Assembly: GCA_026225015.1 (NCBI GenBank)
Contig: JAMFRY010000062.1
Location: forward strand, 1 to 56,728
From: Alphaproteobacteria bacterium
GTDB taxonomy: Bacteria; Pseudomonadota; Alphaproteobacteria; Acetobacterales; Acetobacteraceae
Length of the DNA stretch: 56,728 nucleotides
Direction: 5' to 3'
Below, in pieces: positions 1 through 10,539 of the stretch. The translations under genes were made by a program, and so were the position numbers. Position 1 is the stretch's first letter; each line of letters begins with the position of its first letter. The notes under the pieces are model-generated. The model had not been told where the DNA came from. It saw only the letters and a program-made list of their open reading frames with translations, and did no database searches.

Positions 1-99
1 AGTCCGAGCTTGCTCATCCGTTAGGTCTGGCGCGTGGGCTGGTGCCATCCACGCCAACTCGCCACTTTCGGTATCGACTATAAACGTTGCTCTATCCAT
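1..99 (-). CDS. Possible hypothetical protein, N-terminus only (runs off the left edge)
   Basis: ATG at 99 with purine-rich upstream; open frame MDRATFIVDTESGELAWMAPAHAPDLTDEQART to the edge; no recognisable motif. Confidence 0.3.
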   Translation of the reverse strand, partial: MDRATFIVDTESGELAWMAPAHAPDLTDEQART

Positions 100-193
100 G
101 TATTCATCACTCTCTCATAGAAGGACAGCGTAATCCACGGCGGGGAGGCGAGTAAACGAAAATCCCAAAAAATGGCAGCGCCCGCCTTTGCGG

Positions 194-823
194 CTACTTG
201 GTGCCAAACAGCCTGTCACCCGCATCGCCCAAACCTGGCCGGATATAGGCGTGGTCGTCCAATTGCCGGTCGATGGCGGCGGTGAAAATCGGAATATCCG
301 GGTGCGCCGACTGGAAGGCGGCAATGCCTTCCGGCGCGGCCAGCAGGCAGACGAATTTGATTTGGGTTGCACCAGCTTTTTTCAGCCGGGTTACGGCGGC
401 GGCGGCGGAGTGGCCGGTTGCCAGCATCGGGTCCACGACGATGCAAAGCCGGGATTCGATGCCGTCCGGAACCTTGAAGTAATATTCCACCGGCTCCTTG
501 GTTACCGGATCGCGGTACAGCCCGACATGGCCGATCCGGGCGGAGGGTACGAGGTCCAGAATGCCGTCAAGAATGCCCGCCCCGGCGCGCAGCACCGAGA
601 CGAAGCAGAGTTTCTTGCCCTGCACCTGGTAGGCCGTCATCTTCTCCAGCGGCGTTTCGATTTCGATCGGCTCCAGCGGCAAATCGCGCAGCACCTCGTA
701 GCCCAGCAGCAAGCTGATCTCCCGGCAAAGCTGGCGAAATTCCCCGGTGGTGGTTTCGCGTCTTCGCAGCAGTGAGAGCTTATGCTGGACCAGCGGATGA
801 TCGATAACCGTAACAGTGCCCAT
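194..823 (-). CDS. upp: Uracil phosphoribosyltransferase
   Basis: [26 protein letters not shown] motif, [18 protein letters not shown]-terminus. Confidence 0.97.
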   Translation of the reverse strand: MGTVTVIDHPLVQHKLSLLRRRETTTGEFRQLCREISLLLGYEVLRDLPLEPIEIETPLEKMTAYQVQGKKLCFVSVLRAGAGILDGILDLVPSARIGHVGLYRDPVTKEPVEYYFKVPDGIESRLCIVVDPMLATGHSAAAAVTRLKKAGATQIKFVCLLAAPEGIAAFQSAHPDIPIFTAAIDRQLDDHAYIRPGLGDAGDRLFGTK

Positions 824-864
824 GGTTTTCCCGCTTTGCCAGGATGGCGTGGCGCCCCCAGTTT

Positions 865-910
865 AAGAAGTCTTTTTGCTTCTTTTTCTACAGAAAAAGA
901 AGCGCTTTCT
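865..910. repeat. Repeat family A (A/T-tract palindromic, MITE-like arm)
   Basis: AAGAAGTCTTTTTGCTTCTTTTTCTACAGAAAAAGAAGCGCTTTCT; internal hairpin CTTCTTTTT/AAAAAGAAG; homologous copies at 12871, 16826, 40615, 43238, 56586. Confidence 0.85.
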
Positions 911-914
911 AGGC

Positions 915-2561
915 TTAAAAAGGCGCCTTTGGCAGCCGGATGACAAACCGCGCCCCAATAATATTCCCCCCTGCATCCCGCCGGTTCTCGGCGTTGATCC
1001 GGCCCTGATGCGCCTCGATGATTTGGCGGGAGATGGAGAGGCCGAGCCCTGAATGGCTGCCGAATTGTTCGCTGGTCGGGCGTTCGGAGTAAAACCGGTC
1101 GAAGATGTCGTTGAGTTTGCCATCCGGGATACCGGGGCCTTCATCTTCCACGGCCAGTTCGATGATTCCGCCGGTTTCCTTGCCGCGCAGCCAGATATGG
1201 CCGGTCTCCGGGCTGAAGGAGATGGCGTTGCCGAGCAGGTTGCGCAGCACCTGCACCAGCCGGCTTTCCACCCCGTTCACCATCAGCCCCATTTCCGGCG
1301 CATCCAGTGTCATGATGGGGCCGGTCGGCTTGCGGGTGGCGTCGTGCATTTCGTTCAACGTGCCGAGGATGGGGGCGAGGTCGATCACTTCCATCCGTGT
1401 CCGGGAGAGTTCGGAATCCAGCCGCGAGGAGTCCGAGATATCGGTGATCAGCCGATCGAGCCGGGCCACATCCTGCGTGACGATCGCGAGCAGGCGGGAG
1501 GCGCGGGTGGGGTCTTCGACGCGGCTCAGCGTTTCGATGGCGGAGCGGATCGAGGAGAGCGGGTTTTTGATTTCATGCGCCACATCGGCGGCGAAGCGTT
1601 CGATGGCGTCCATCCGCGCCCAAAGCGCTTTGGCCGAGCCGTCCAGCGCCCGCGCCAGCGCGCCGATCTCATCGTTCCGGTCGATGATCTTCTCCGGCAA
1701 CGTTTGGCCGCGCGCCCGGCCTTCGCGCATCAGCGCCGCGGCGCCGGCCAGCCTCAAAATGGGGTTGGCGATGGTACCGGCGAGGTAGATGGAAACCAGC
1801 ACGGTGAGCGCCAGCGCTAAGGCGAACAGGCCGAGGATGGAGATACGCACCGCGAACACCGCACGGTCCACTTCATCCGCTTCACTGGTGAGCAGCACCG
1901 TTCCGACATTCTGCTGACTGCTATTCACCGGTTCCGCAACCGTAATCAGCAAATGCCCATCGGCGCCGCGGCGGATGAAGGGCGCGGCCTCCTGGCCAGG
2001 CGCCGGGCTGGTCATCTGCAACACTTCCCGCGCATCTGGCTGCCAACCCAAGGTATTCGGGTCTTCCCCCGCGCCTGAGCCGGCCGCGCCTGAGGTCAGG
2101 CCCGAATCATCCGCGGCGCCTGCCAGGGAGCCGGAAAGATGGTCATAGACGAAGCCGACCAATTGACTGAGTGCGCTGGTGGTCTGCGCCGCCGGCAAAG
2201 GTTCGGTGATGATGGCGCCGCCGGGTCCGGGATGCACCCGGGAATTGGCGATGATCTGCCCATCCGGCCCATAGATCAGCGCCTGCGCGTTCGGGGTCGG
2301 CTCGATCAGCTGGTACAGTAGCGGCTGCGCCAAATCCTGATTCAGCGCCGGCTGGTTGGACTGGTTATTCTGCACCGCACTTTGCGCCAGCGCGCCTGCA
2401 TAGATCCGCGCCTGCTCACGCAAGGCGCCAACTTCAGCGGTCAGCAGGCCTTGCTGATACTGGTCCAGGTAGAACAAAGCCGCGACAATCAGCGTCACCG
2501 GCATCAGGTTGACCAGCAGAATATCCCGCAACAGCCGCGACACGCGGGGCCGCTTGGCCAT
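915..2561 (-). CDS. chvG: Sensor histidine kinase ChvG/ExoS
   Basis: Two TM segments, HAMP, ADVAHEIKNPLSSIRSA H-box, RFYSERP..FGSHSGLGLSIS; adjacent to chvI. Confidence 0.92.
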   Translation of the reverse strand: MAKRPRVSRLLRDILLVNLMPVTLIVAALFYLDQYQQGLLTAEVGALREQARIYAGALAQSAVQNNQSNQPALNQDLAQPLLYQLIEPTPNAQALIYGPDGQIIANSRVHPGPGGAIITEPLPAAQTTSALSQLVGFVYDHLSGSLAGAADDSGLTSGAAGSGAGEDPNTLGWQPDAREVLQMTSPAPGQEAAPFIRRGADGHLLITVAEPVNSSQQNVGTVLLTSEADEVDRAVFAVRISILGLFALALALTVLVSIYLAGTIANPILRLAGAAALMREGRARGQTLPEKIIDRNDEIGALARALDGSAKALWARMDAIERFAADVAHEIKNPLSSIRSAIETLSRVEDPTRASRLLAIVTQDVARLDRLITDISDSSRLDSELSRTRMEVIDLAPILGTLNEMHDATRKPTGPIMTLDAPEMGLMVNGVESRLVQVLRNLLGNAISFSPETGHIWLRGKETGGIIELAVEDEGPGIPDGKLNDIFDRFYSERPTSEQFGSHSGLGLSISRQIIEAHQGRINAENRRDAGGNIIGARFVIRLPKAPF

Positions 2562-2566
2562 GATGA

Positions 2567-3280
2567 TCAGGCTTCCTTGTAGCGATACCCAATGCCGTAG
2601 AGGGTTTCGATCTGGTCGAATTCTTCGTCCTGATTGCGGAATTTCTTGCGCAGTCGTTTCACATGGCTGTCGATGGTGCGGTCATCGACATAAACATTCT
2701 CACCATAGGCGGCATCGATAAGTTGATCGCGGGACTTCACCATGCCCGGCCGCGCCGCCAGGGCTTTCACCAGCAGGAACTCGGTGACGGTCAACTGGAT
2801 GTCGAGCCCCTTCCACAGGCATTGATGCTTGGTTTCATCCAGCGTCAGATGCCCGCGGGTGAGCACGCTGGCCGGCGCCGCGCCGGAGCCCTCGGCTTTT
2901 GAGACCTCGTTGCGGCGCAGCAATGCCCGGATGCGTTCCAGCAGCAGGCGCTGGCTGAAGGGTTTGGTGATGTAGTCATCCGCGCCCAGGCGGAGCCCCA
3001 TCAGCTCGTCCAGCTCGTCATCCTTGCTGGTGAGAAAAATCACCGGCATGGCGGAGCGGGCGCGCAATTTCTGCAGCAGCTCCATGCCATCCATCCGGGG
3101 CATTTTAATGTCCAGCACCGCCAGGTCCGCCGGCTTGGCCAGCAAGGCCTGGAGCGCGGATTCGCCATCCGTATAGGTGCGCACCGCAAAACCTTCCTGT
3201 TCCAGGGTCATCTGGACCGAGGTGAGAATGTTCCGGTCGTCATCGACCAGGGCGATCGTTTGCTTCATCGGATTGCTCAT
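2567..3280 (-). CDS. chvI: Response regulator ChvI (OmpR family)
   Basis: [55 protein letters not shown]. Confidence 0.95.
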   Translation of the reverse strand: MSNPMKQTIALVDDDRNILTSVQMTLEQEGFAVRTYTDGESALQALLAKPADLAVLDIKMPRMDGMELLQKLRARSAMPVIFLTSKDDELDELMGLRLGADDYITKPFSQRLLLERIRALLRRNEVSKAEGSGAAPASVLTRGHLTLDETKHQCLWKGLDIQLTVTEFLLVKALAARPGMVKSRDQLIDAAYGENVYVDDRTIDSHVKRLRKKFRNQDEEFDQIETLYGIGYRYKEA

Positions 3281-3314
3281 AGCAGAATGTAATACTGTCG
3301 GGAGTGGCTGGATT

Positions 3315-3800
3315 ATGGCAGTAGCGCAAGAGCGGGATTTTTATGCCGAAGCTCGCTTACTTATTCGTAATGTGAGAACCGCCACCTTGGCGACCTGCGA
3401 GGCGGGCATTCCGCACGCCGCCCTCGTCACAGTGGCGTTCATGCCGGATGCGGCGCCAGTGCTGCTGCTGTCGGAGCTTTCCGTCCATACTCGGCAACTT
3501 ATGGCCAATCCGGCCTGCGCCTTGCTTTTGGTCGGCGAGATGACTGGCGAGGCAGATAACGGGGGGCCAGCCAGTGCCAATCCGCAAACCACGCCCCGGC
3601 TTTGTTTGACCGGCACCGCCGCCCGAACCGAAAACGGCTTGGCCCGTAGCATTTTTCTGGAACGCCATCCCTACGCCGAACTATATGTCGGGTTTGGCGA
3701 TTTCGGCTTCTGGCAGCTTAGTCTGACGGACTCGTATTATATTGGCGGGTTTGGCGCCGCGCGCAAACTTATGGTTGCCAAATTCTCTACTCCCCAGTAA
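3315..3800 (+). CDS. HugZ / pyridoxamine 5'-phosphate oxidase-like split-barrel protein
   Basis: [52 protein letters not shown]; start moved to ATG 3315; this family often lies between chvI and pckA. Confidence 0.85.
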   Translation: MAVAQERDFYAEARLLIRNVRTATLATCEAGIPHAALVTVAFMPDAAPVLLLSELSVHTRQLMANPACALLLVGEMTGEADNGGPASANPQTTPRLCLTGTAARTENGLARSIFLERHPYAELYVGFGDFGFWQLSLTDSYYIGGFGAARKLMVAKFSTPQ

Positions 3801-3979
3801 CCTTTGTTGCGATGCACCACCTGGACTTCTTTCCTGGGACATTAAATTGCCATGATGCCCAACGAATTGTTCAGTTGATGCGCCGCCCGCCACTGCCTAC
3901 AAGAAGACCATAAGGAACTGCCAGGCCGCATGTGGGACCTAAGCTCAATTTCTAGATCGCGAAAAGGAATGACTGACAA

Positions 3980-5596
3980 GTGACCCAACTGACTGAGCCC
4001 GCGCCGATCCATGATGCAATTGCCTTAGCCGGCACCGGGGTGCGCGTTGCCGCCGCGCTGCACGCCAACCTCACCGCGCCGGCGCTTGTCGCGCATTCCC
4101 TGCGCAAGGCCGAGGGCAGGCTGTCGGCCGATGGCGCACTCATCGTTCGCACCGGCGTCCATACCGGCCGTTCCGTTGGCGATAAATTCGTCGTCGATGA
4201 GCCCACCACCACCGAAAATGTCTGGTGGGGCAAGATCAATCAGAAACTGCCGGTGGCGAAATACCAGATACTCAAGGCCAGGGTGCAGGCCTATCTGCAG
4301 GGCCGGGAACTCTTCACGCAGGATCTGTTCGCCGGCGCCGATCCGGCCAACCGCATCCGCGTCCGGCTGGTCACCACCGGCGCCTGGCAGGCGTTGTTTG
4401 CCCGCAATATGTTCATCCGCCCGGCACCTAAGGAACTCGCCGGCTTCACGCCGGATTACGTGATTCTGCACGCGCCGTTCTTCGAAACTGATCCGGCCAT
4501 CGACGGGGTTAGGAGCACTTCCGCCATTGCCCTGAACTTCGCGGAAAAGGTGATCGTGATCGCCGGCACGCAATATGCCGGCGAGATCAAGAAGTCGATC
4601 TTCACCGTCATGAACTGGATATTGCCGGAGCGTAGCGTGCTGCCGATGCATTGCAGCGCCAATATCGGCAAGGACGGCGATTCGGCGCTGTTTTTCGGAC
4701 TTTCCGGCACCGGCAAAACCACCTTGTCTTCCGATCCAGCGCGCAAGCTGATCGGCGATGATGAGCATGGCTGGGGCCCCGATGGTGTGTTCAATTTCGA
4801 AGGCGGATGCTATGCCAAGGTGATCGATCTCAGCCAGACGGCGGAGCCGGAGATCTGGTCGGCGTCGCACCGCTTCGGCACCGTGCTGGAAAATGTCGTG
4901 GCCGACCTGCAGGGCCATCTCGACCTCACCGATCAAACCTTCACGGAGAACACCCGCTCCTGCTATCCGGTGGAATACATTCCTAATGTGGAATTGTCTG
5001 GGCGCGGCACCATTCCCAAGAACGTCTTCATGCTGACGGCGGATGCCTTTGGGGTGCTCCCGCCGATTTCCAAGCTCAGCCCATCCCAGGCGATGTATCA
5101 CTTTCTCTCGGGCTATACCGCGCGCGTTGCGGGTACCGAGAAAGGCTTGGGTTCGGAGCCGCAGGCCACCTTCTCCGCCTGCTTTGGCTCACCCTTCCTG
5201 CCGCGCCATCCGGAGGTTTACGGAAAACTTCTGGAATCCCTGATTGCCGAGCATGGCGTCTCCTGCTGGCTGGTGAATACCGGTTGGACCGGCGGGGCCT
5301 ACGGGGTGGGCAAGCGCATGTCGATCAAACACACGCGGTCGCTGCTGCGCGCGGCACTTTCGGGCGCGTTGGACAAGGCCAACTTCCGCCGCGACCCGTT
5401 CTTTGGTCTGGCAATCCCGGAAAGCGTCGCTGACGTGCCGGACGAGGTGCTGGATCCCCGCACCGCCTGGGCTGACCGCGCCGCCTATGACGCTGCCGCC
5501 GCGGCGCTGGTGAAACGTTTCGAGGAAAATTTTGCTACTTTCTCCGACCTGGTTGGCGAAGATGTCAAAGCGGCCGCCATCCGCGCGGCGGCTTAA
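3980..5596 (+). CDS. pckA: Phosphoenolpyruvate carboxykinase (ATP)
   Basis: HTGRS, YAGEIKKS, MHCSAN, GLSGTGKTTLS P-loop, LIGDDEHGW, NFEGGCYAK. Confidence 0.97.
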   Translation: MTQLTEPAPIHDAIALAGTGVRVAAALHANLTAPALVAHSLRKAEGRLSADGALIVRTGVHTGRSVGDKFVVDEPTTTENVWWGKINQKLPVAKYQILKARVQAYLQGRELFTQDLFAGADPANRIRVRLVTTGAWQALFARNMFIRPAPKELAGFTPDYVILHAPFFETDPAIDGVRSTSAIALNFAEKVIVIAGTQYAGEIKKSIFTVMNWILPERSVLPMHCSANIGKDGDSALFFGLSGTGKTTLSSDPARKLIGDDEHGWGPDGVFNFEGGCYAKVIDLSQTAEPEIWSASHRFGTVLENVVADLQGHLDLTDQTFTENTRSCYPVEYIPNVELSGRGTIPKNVFMLTADAFGVLPPISKLSPSQAMYHFLSGYTARVAGTEKGLGSEPQATFSACFGSPFLPRHPEVYGKLLESLIAEHGVSCWLVNTGWTGGAYGVGKRMSIKHTRSLLRAALSGALDKANFRRDPFFGLAIPESVADVPDEVLDPRTAWADRAAYDAAAAALVKRFEENFATFSDLVGEDVKAAAIRAAA

Positions 5597-5629
5597 TGGT
5601 TGGTTGAAATCGTCTGGATGAAGGGGCCA

Positions 5630-5665
5630 CCTCCGGCGCGCTGCCGATGAGCGGCGCGCCGGAGG
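5630..5665 (+). terminator. GC-rich hairpin after pckA (possible terminator)
   Basis: CCTCCGGCGCGCTGC-CGATGA-GCGGCGCGCCGGAGG 15-bp stem; no clear U-tract. Confidence 0.5.
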
Positions 5666-5929
5666 ACCGGTGCGTATTGCCGACGCTCTGATACGAACGT
5701 CATTCTTTGTGGCCATGGTATCATACCAGCCCTCTTTGTAATCAACCCGCCGGCCACGCCACAAAACGGATGCCGGCGCAGGCCGACATCACGGGATTGA
5801 GCGGGTTGGTGGGTCAAACATAAAGCCGGTTGGATTCAGAGTCGGTTTTTTAAGCTCTTGCAGACTGGCCAAATTATATTTTGCGCGCAAACCAACTCCG
5901 AAGCGCCGTTCGCCCCCGCAGGGCGCAGC

Positions 5930-7462
5930 TCAGAAGGCGTTCTTTCCAAAGAACCCCTGGAACAACGTCCTTACAAGAATGGCAAGATCAAGCATCGGCG
6001 ACCAGTTTTCGATGTAGTAGATGTCATGCTCCACACGGCGCTCGATTTGTTCCATCGTTTCCGTCGGGCCGCGCCAGCCATTGACCTGCGCCCAACCGGT
6101 AATCCCAGGCTTCACCCGGTGCCGGTTTGCATAATCGTCGACGGCGTCGAAGAACGACCGTTCCCCCACCATCTGTCCCAGCATGTGCGGACGTGGACCC
6201 ACAAGGGACATGTCGCCAATCAGCACGTTGATGAGCTGCGGCAGTTCGTCCAGGCTGGTCTTGCGCAGCAGGCCGCCGAATTTGAATATCCGGCGATCAT
6301 TTCGGCTGGTGGGCGCGTCGCTGCCGCAGAATTTCTGCTCCATTGTCCTGAATTTAATGATGTCAAACTCGCGGCCCATGTAGCCAACGCGCTTCTGACG
6401 GAAAAATACCGGTCCGGGACTCGTCACGGAAATACCGATAGCGCAGATCAGCAGAACGGGGCTGAACACGGCCAGCCCGATCAAGGCGGCAGCCCGGTCG
6501 AACAGGTTTTTTGCGAATAAGGCGAATTCCGAAATCGGGCGATCCGCAACCGCGATGAGTTGCACACCCGGCAGCTCCGCCCGCTACAATTGCATGGGGG
6601 TAAAGCGCTGCAAGCCGATCTCTCCGGGCAGAATCCGGATATTCAGCGGCAACCGCCGCAATTGCTCAATCACCCGGGTGATACGCTCGGCAGCAGCGAT
6701 CGGCAGGGTAATCACCACCAGATCAACCGGGTTCGACAAGGCGTATCGGAGCAAATCGCTCACGCCCCCGCGCGTTAGTTCTGCGACATCGCTAGCTTGA
6801 CCTCGGAGATTGTCAGGGTCCCGCCCGGCAGCCCCCCCGGCAACCCCCCCGGCAACCCCGTCGTCAAAAATCCCGGCGATGCGGACCCCATGCCGGTTTG
6901 CCTTGATCTGCTCGACCAAATGACCTGTCAGCTCATTCAGACCAACAATAACAACATGTTGAGTAACAAAGCCCTGCGCGATGCAACTGCGCATCAAGGC
7001 CGCAAGAAACAGTCGGCCAGCAAGTAACGCGATGATGGCGCCGGCATAGAACGCAACAAACCAGCTTCTGGAAAGCAGCGCCTGCTGATGAGTCAACGCT
7101 GCAAGTGTAGCCAGCCCCATGAACACGAGACTCATTCGCAAAACAATCGCTTTTGCCGCACCCATCCAGCTCAATAGCGATTTGATTTCGTAAAGATGGG
7201 CACGCGTAAACGACAAATAACAAATTATGGCAATAACGGCGGCGCCAAACATATAGCGCAGCGCATCGCCCCAATTCATTTCCATAAAATAGGCCGATGT
7301 CGCAACAATCAGAATGAGTGCAATATCCAGTACCTTGGTCGTGAGTATCAAATGCCAACGGCTCACAAACCTTGACAGCCCCCCATCGCCAGAAGCCGCC
7401 CGCGCGCTGCCCCGCAGACCCTCACCGTCTGCAACACGCGCTAGTTCCAATGTACTGGCCAC
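5930..7462 (-). pseudogene. WcaJ/GumD-like undecaprenyl-phosphate glucose phosphotransferase interrupted by an in-frame TAG at 6584-6586
   Basis: N-terminal TM and CoA-binding-like domain (6584-7462) continues in the same frame past TAG into the Bac_transf domain (KFRTM, LRKTSLDELPQL, MSLVGPRP, VKPGITGWAQVNG, DIYYIENWS). Confidence 0.85.
6827..6859. repeat. 12-bp tandem repeat (~2.75 units) with C7 tracts inside the WcaJ-like gene
   Basis: GGCAGCCCCCCC GGCAACCCCCCC GGCAACCCC, encoding GVAG-GVAG-GAAG. Confidence 0.8.
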
Positions 7463-7857
7463 TTGCCTTCTCCGTCGAAACGTCCTGCGATTGACATTTT
7501 TTTATATGAAGGCGCAAACATCTTGGCAATAGTCTTATTGCAGTGCGGCAAATTAATTTGGCGGACACGGGTAGCGCAACTTCCGGTGGTATTTTCCGAG
7601 CGCAATTCGTTGTTTTGGGCTTGTATTTTGATAGATGGCCAACCGCAATACTTACCTGCAACGTGAGCGTGTTACGCTAACGCTACCCCGTCAAAAAACC
7701 TTGGGAAGTCTAACAAGCCCGGATAAAAGCGATCGTGAGCACGGCTAATTTCCGATTCGTTGGCCGACACCTGCACATTCTAATCAAGCGCTCTCTAAGC
7801 CAGGTCTACGTGACGATCCTGAGGATCTCGGTTCCTTTCGTTGAAACAGGGACGCTA

Positions 7858-9036
7858 ATGTTTTGCAGAGGTCTCGCATTTTTGCTTTTGCTGCTGCCTA
7901 CCATGGCTTTCGCACATTCGAAGGATTTGGACACGGCGCAAAAGGCGCTGCTGGCGGCACGGCAGCGAGCGTCGATCCATCATGCCGAGGGGGCGGCGGC
8001 ACGCCGAAAGGCGGCGGCGGATGCAGCCAATGCGGCGGTACTGGCGCAAGCGCAGGTGGCGGCGGCGGCGGATGCGCGGCATTTGGAGGATCAAACGGCG
8101 CAGGCGGCAGCGACGCTGGACAATCTGGCGGCGCAGGCCAAGTCGGCGGCCGGGGCGTTGCAGCGCAATGAAACGGCGCTTGCAGCCTTGCTTCCGGTAA
8201 TGGAGCGGCTGGCGCGGGAGCCGGCGGCGTCTATTCTGGCCGTGCCGGCCTCGCCCGCCGATGCGATCCGCGGCGTTCTGCTATTGCAAAGCGTGGCCGC
8301 GGAGATTGCGCGCAGAGCAAGGGCGCTGCAAGCCCAAACATTGCAGCTGGCGGCATTGCAGGCGCAGGCGCAGGCGCAGCAAGCGGCGCTCGCGGCTTCG
8401 GTTGCGGCCCAGCAAGCGGCGGAAGATGCGCTAACGGCGAAGATTTCCGCGGCCCGGGCGGCGGAGATGAGCCATTTGGATATTGCCGCCCGGCAAGCCG
8501 CCGCCGCCGCCGTCGAGACCCAGAATATGCATGATTTGCGGGAGGTGGTCGCAAAGTTGCAAAAATTGCGGGCCCAACGGAATGCCCAGGCACTGCCAGC
8601 GCCTGAGCGCATTCCGCCAGTTGCCGGGACGCCGGCCGCCGGAGCGCCAGCCGCGGGAACACCGGTAGCAGGCACCCTGGTGCAGGAATACGGCGCGCCC
8701 ACCCTTGCCGGGCCGGCGGTTGGCATCGTGTATCGGGCAGCGCCCGGGGCGCGGGTTGTCGCCCCTTGTTCGGGCCCGGTTCTATACGCCAGCGCCTTTC
8801 ACAATTACGGCCTGCTGGTGATCCTGGATTGTGGCGGAAACTACGATTTCGTATTGTCCGGCATGCGGCACCTGGACGTAACCGCCGGCCAGCAATTGGC
8901 CCGCGGCCAGCCGCTGGGGGAGATGGCGGGCTACGACGCCGGCGACCCGACGCGCCAGCCGATGCTATATGTGGAGTTGCGGCAGAGCGGCAAGCCGGTT
9001 AACCCAGCCGCCTGGTTGAGGGGCGGCACTGGATAA
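7858..9036 (+). CDS. envC: EnvC-family murein hydrolase activator (coiled coil plus degenerate M23 domain)
   Basis: Signal peptide, long Ala/Gln coiled coil, VVAPCSGPVLYA..YGLLVILDCG, LYVELR..PVNPAAWL; first gene of the envC-ctpA-yibQ-rppH cluster; start uncertain. Confidence 0.82.
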   Translation: MFCRGLAFLLLLLPTMAFAHSKDLDTAQKALLAARQRASIHHAEGAAARRKAAADAANAAVLAQAQVAAAADARHLEDQTAQAAATLDNLAAQAKSAAGALQRNETALAALLPVMERLAREPAASILAVPASPADAIRGVLLLQSVAAEIARRARALQAQTLQLAALQAQAQAQQAALAASVAAQQAAEDALTAKISAARAAEMSHLDIAARQAAAAAVETQNMHDLREVVAKLQKLRAQRNAQALPAPERIPPVAGTPAAGAPAAGTPVAGTLVQEYGAPTLAGPAVGIVYRAAPGARVVAPCSGPVLYASAFHNYGLLVILDCGGNYDFVLSGMRHLDVTAGQQLARGQPLGEMAGYDAGDPTRQPMLYVELRQSGKPVNPAAWLRGGTG

Positions 9037-9135
9037 ACATAAAACTATGTTATCTAATGTGCCGGCAGGTCGCGAATCGCCTATAATGCCACCTTCGCGG
9101 CAGAATGCGCCGGCTTGATTTTAAAGGATTGCCTG

Positions 9136-10515
9136 ATGAAGTTGCGGAGCGGGTTGATGTTGAGCGGCGTCTTTGCGGCCGGGCTGCTGATCGGCTCCGC
9201 CGCGGCGCCCGTGCATCACGCCGCCGGGCAGGATGCACCAAGTGACAGTACCTACCAGCAGTTGAGCCTGTTCGGCGATATTTTCGACCGGGTGAAGGCG
9301 AATTATGTCGTCAATCCGCCCTCGACCAAGCTGATCTACGATGCCGTGAACGGTATGCTGGCGGGCCTGGACCCGCATTCGAGCTATATGAACCAGAAAC
9401 AATATGGCGACATGCAGGTGGAGACCTCCGGCCAGTTCGGCGGCCTTGGCCTGGAAGTCACTCAAACTAAAGGATTATTGAAGGTCATCAGCCCAATCGA
9501 CGATACCCCCGCCGCGCGCGCCGGCATCAAGCCCGGCGATATCATTGTCAACATCGACGGCCATTCCACCGACGGCATCGATCTGGACAACGCAGTGACC
9601 GAGATGCGCGGCACGCCGGGCAGCAAGATTACGCTCACCTTGAAGCGCAACGGCGTCGATACGCCGGTGATCCTGACGCTGGTCCGGCAGATCATTCAGA
9701 TCCAGGATGTCAAGGACCGGCTGTTTCCCACGCCGGCCGGCGCGATCGGCTATATTCGCCTGGCCAGTTTTGATGAGAAGGCCGACCAGGATATCCGTAA
9801 TGCGGTGCGCGATCTGCGCAAGCAGCAAGGCGGCAACAATATCCACGGCTATATTCTGGACGTGCGCGATAATCCCGGCGGGCTGCTGGACCAGGCCGTG
9901 GCCGTGGCCAACGATTTTCTGAACAGCGGCGAGATTGTCTCCACCCATGGCCGGCATAGCGATGACGACCAGGTTTGGTACGCCCAGCCCGGCGGCGATA
10001 TTCTTAACCGCGCGCCGCTGGTGGTGATGACCAATGAGGGTTCCGCTTCGGCGGCGGAGATCGTCACCGCCGCCCTGCAGCAGAACCAGCGCTCTCTGGT
10101 GCTGGGCATGCGCACCTTCGGCAAGGGATCGGTGCAGACCATCGTGCCGATTCCGGATAATGGCGCGCTGCGACTGACCACGGCGCTGTATTACACACCT
10201 TCCGGCAAGTCGATCCAGGATTATGGGGTGACGCCGGATGTGAAGGTTTCCGACACCAGAACGCCAGAGGATCAGTTTGCGAGCCTGCGTGAGAGCGATC
10301 TGCTACATTCCTTCAACAACCCCTCCGGGCTTACCGCGCCGCCGCTGGCCAGCGCCCTGCCCTTGCCGGCGGTTGCGAAGACCATTCCGGACAAGCCGCC
10401 GCAAGGCTGGCCTGCGCTGGACCTGACCAAGCCTTCAACCGATTTCCAGTTGCAGATGGCCTTGAAGCTGGTGGCGGCGATGTCCGCGCCCGGTGACAAA
10501 GCAGCGTCCAACTAA
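9136..10515 (+). CDS. ctpA: S41 carboxy-terminal processing protease
   Basis: LDPHSSY, FGGLGLEV PDZ, DVRDNPGGLL, GSASAAEIV, TFGKGSVQT, YYTPSGKSIQ. Confidence 0.93.
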   Translation: MKLRSGLMLSGVFAAGLLIGSAAAPVHHAAGQDAPSDSTYQQLSLFGDIFDRVKANYVVNPPSTKLIYDAVNGMLAGLDPHSSYMNQKQYGDMQVETSGQFGGLGLEVTQTKGLLKVISPIDDTPAARAGIKPGDIIVNIDGHSTDGIDLDNAVTEMRGTPGSKITLTLKRNGVDTPVILTLVRQIIQIQDVKDRLFPTPAGAIGYIRLASFDEKADQDIRNAVRDLRKQQGGNNIHGYILDVRDNPGGLLDQAVAVANDFLNSGEIVSTHGRHSDDDQVWYAQPGGDILNRAPLVVMTNEGSASAAEIVTAALQQNQRSLVLGMRTFGKGSVQTIVPIPDNGALRLTTALYYTPSGKSIQDYGVTPDVKVSDTRTPEDQFASLRESDLLHSFNNPSGLTAPPLASALPLPAVAKTIPDKPPQGWPALDLTKPSTDFQLQMALKLVAAMSAPGDKAASN

Positions 10516-10539
10516 CGCCGATGCGCTGCAGGGCTTAAC

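Noticed and set aside
8620-8675. 15-bp imperfect repeats (VAGTP/AAGAP) in EnvC, and the AQAQAQ run in the PilZ protein
   Set aside because: Ordinary low-complexity linkers that stay in frame
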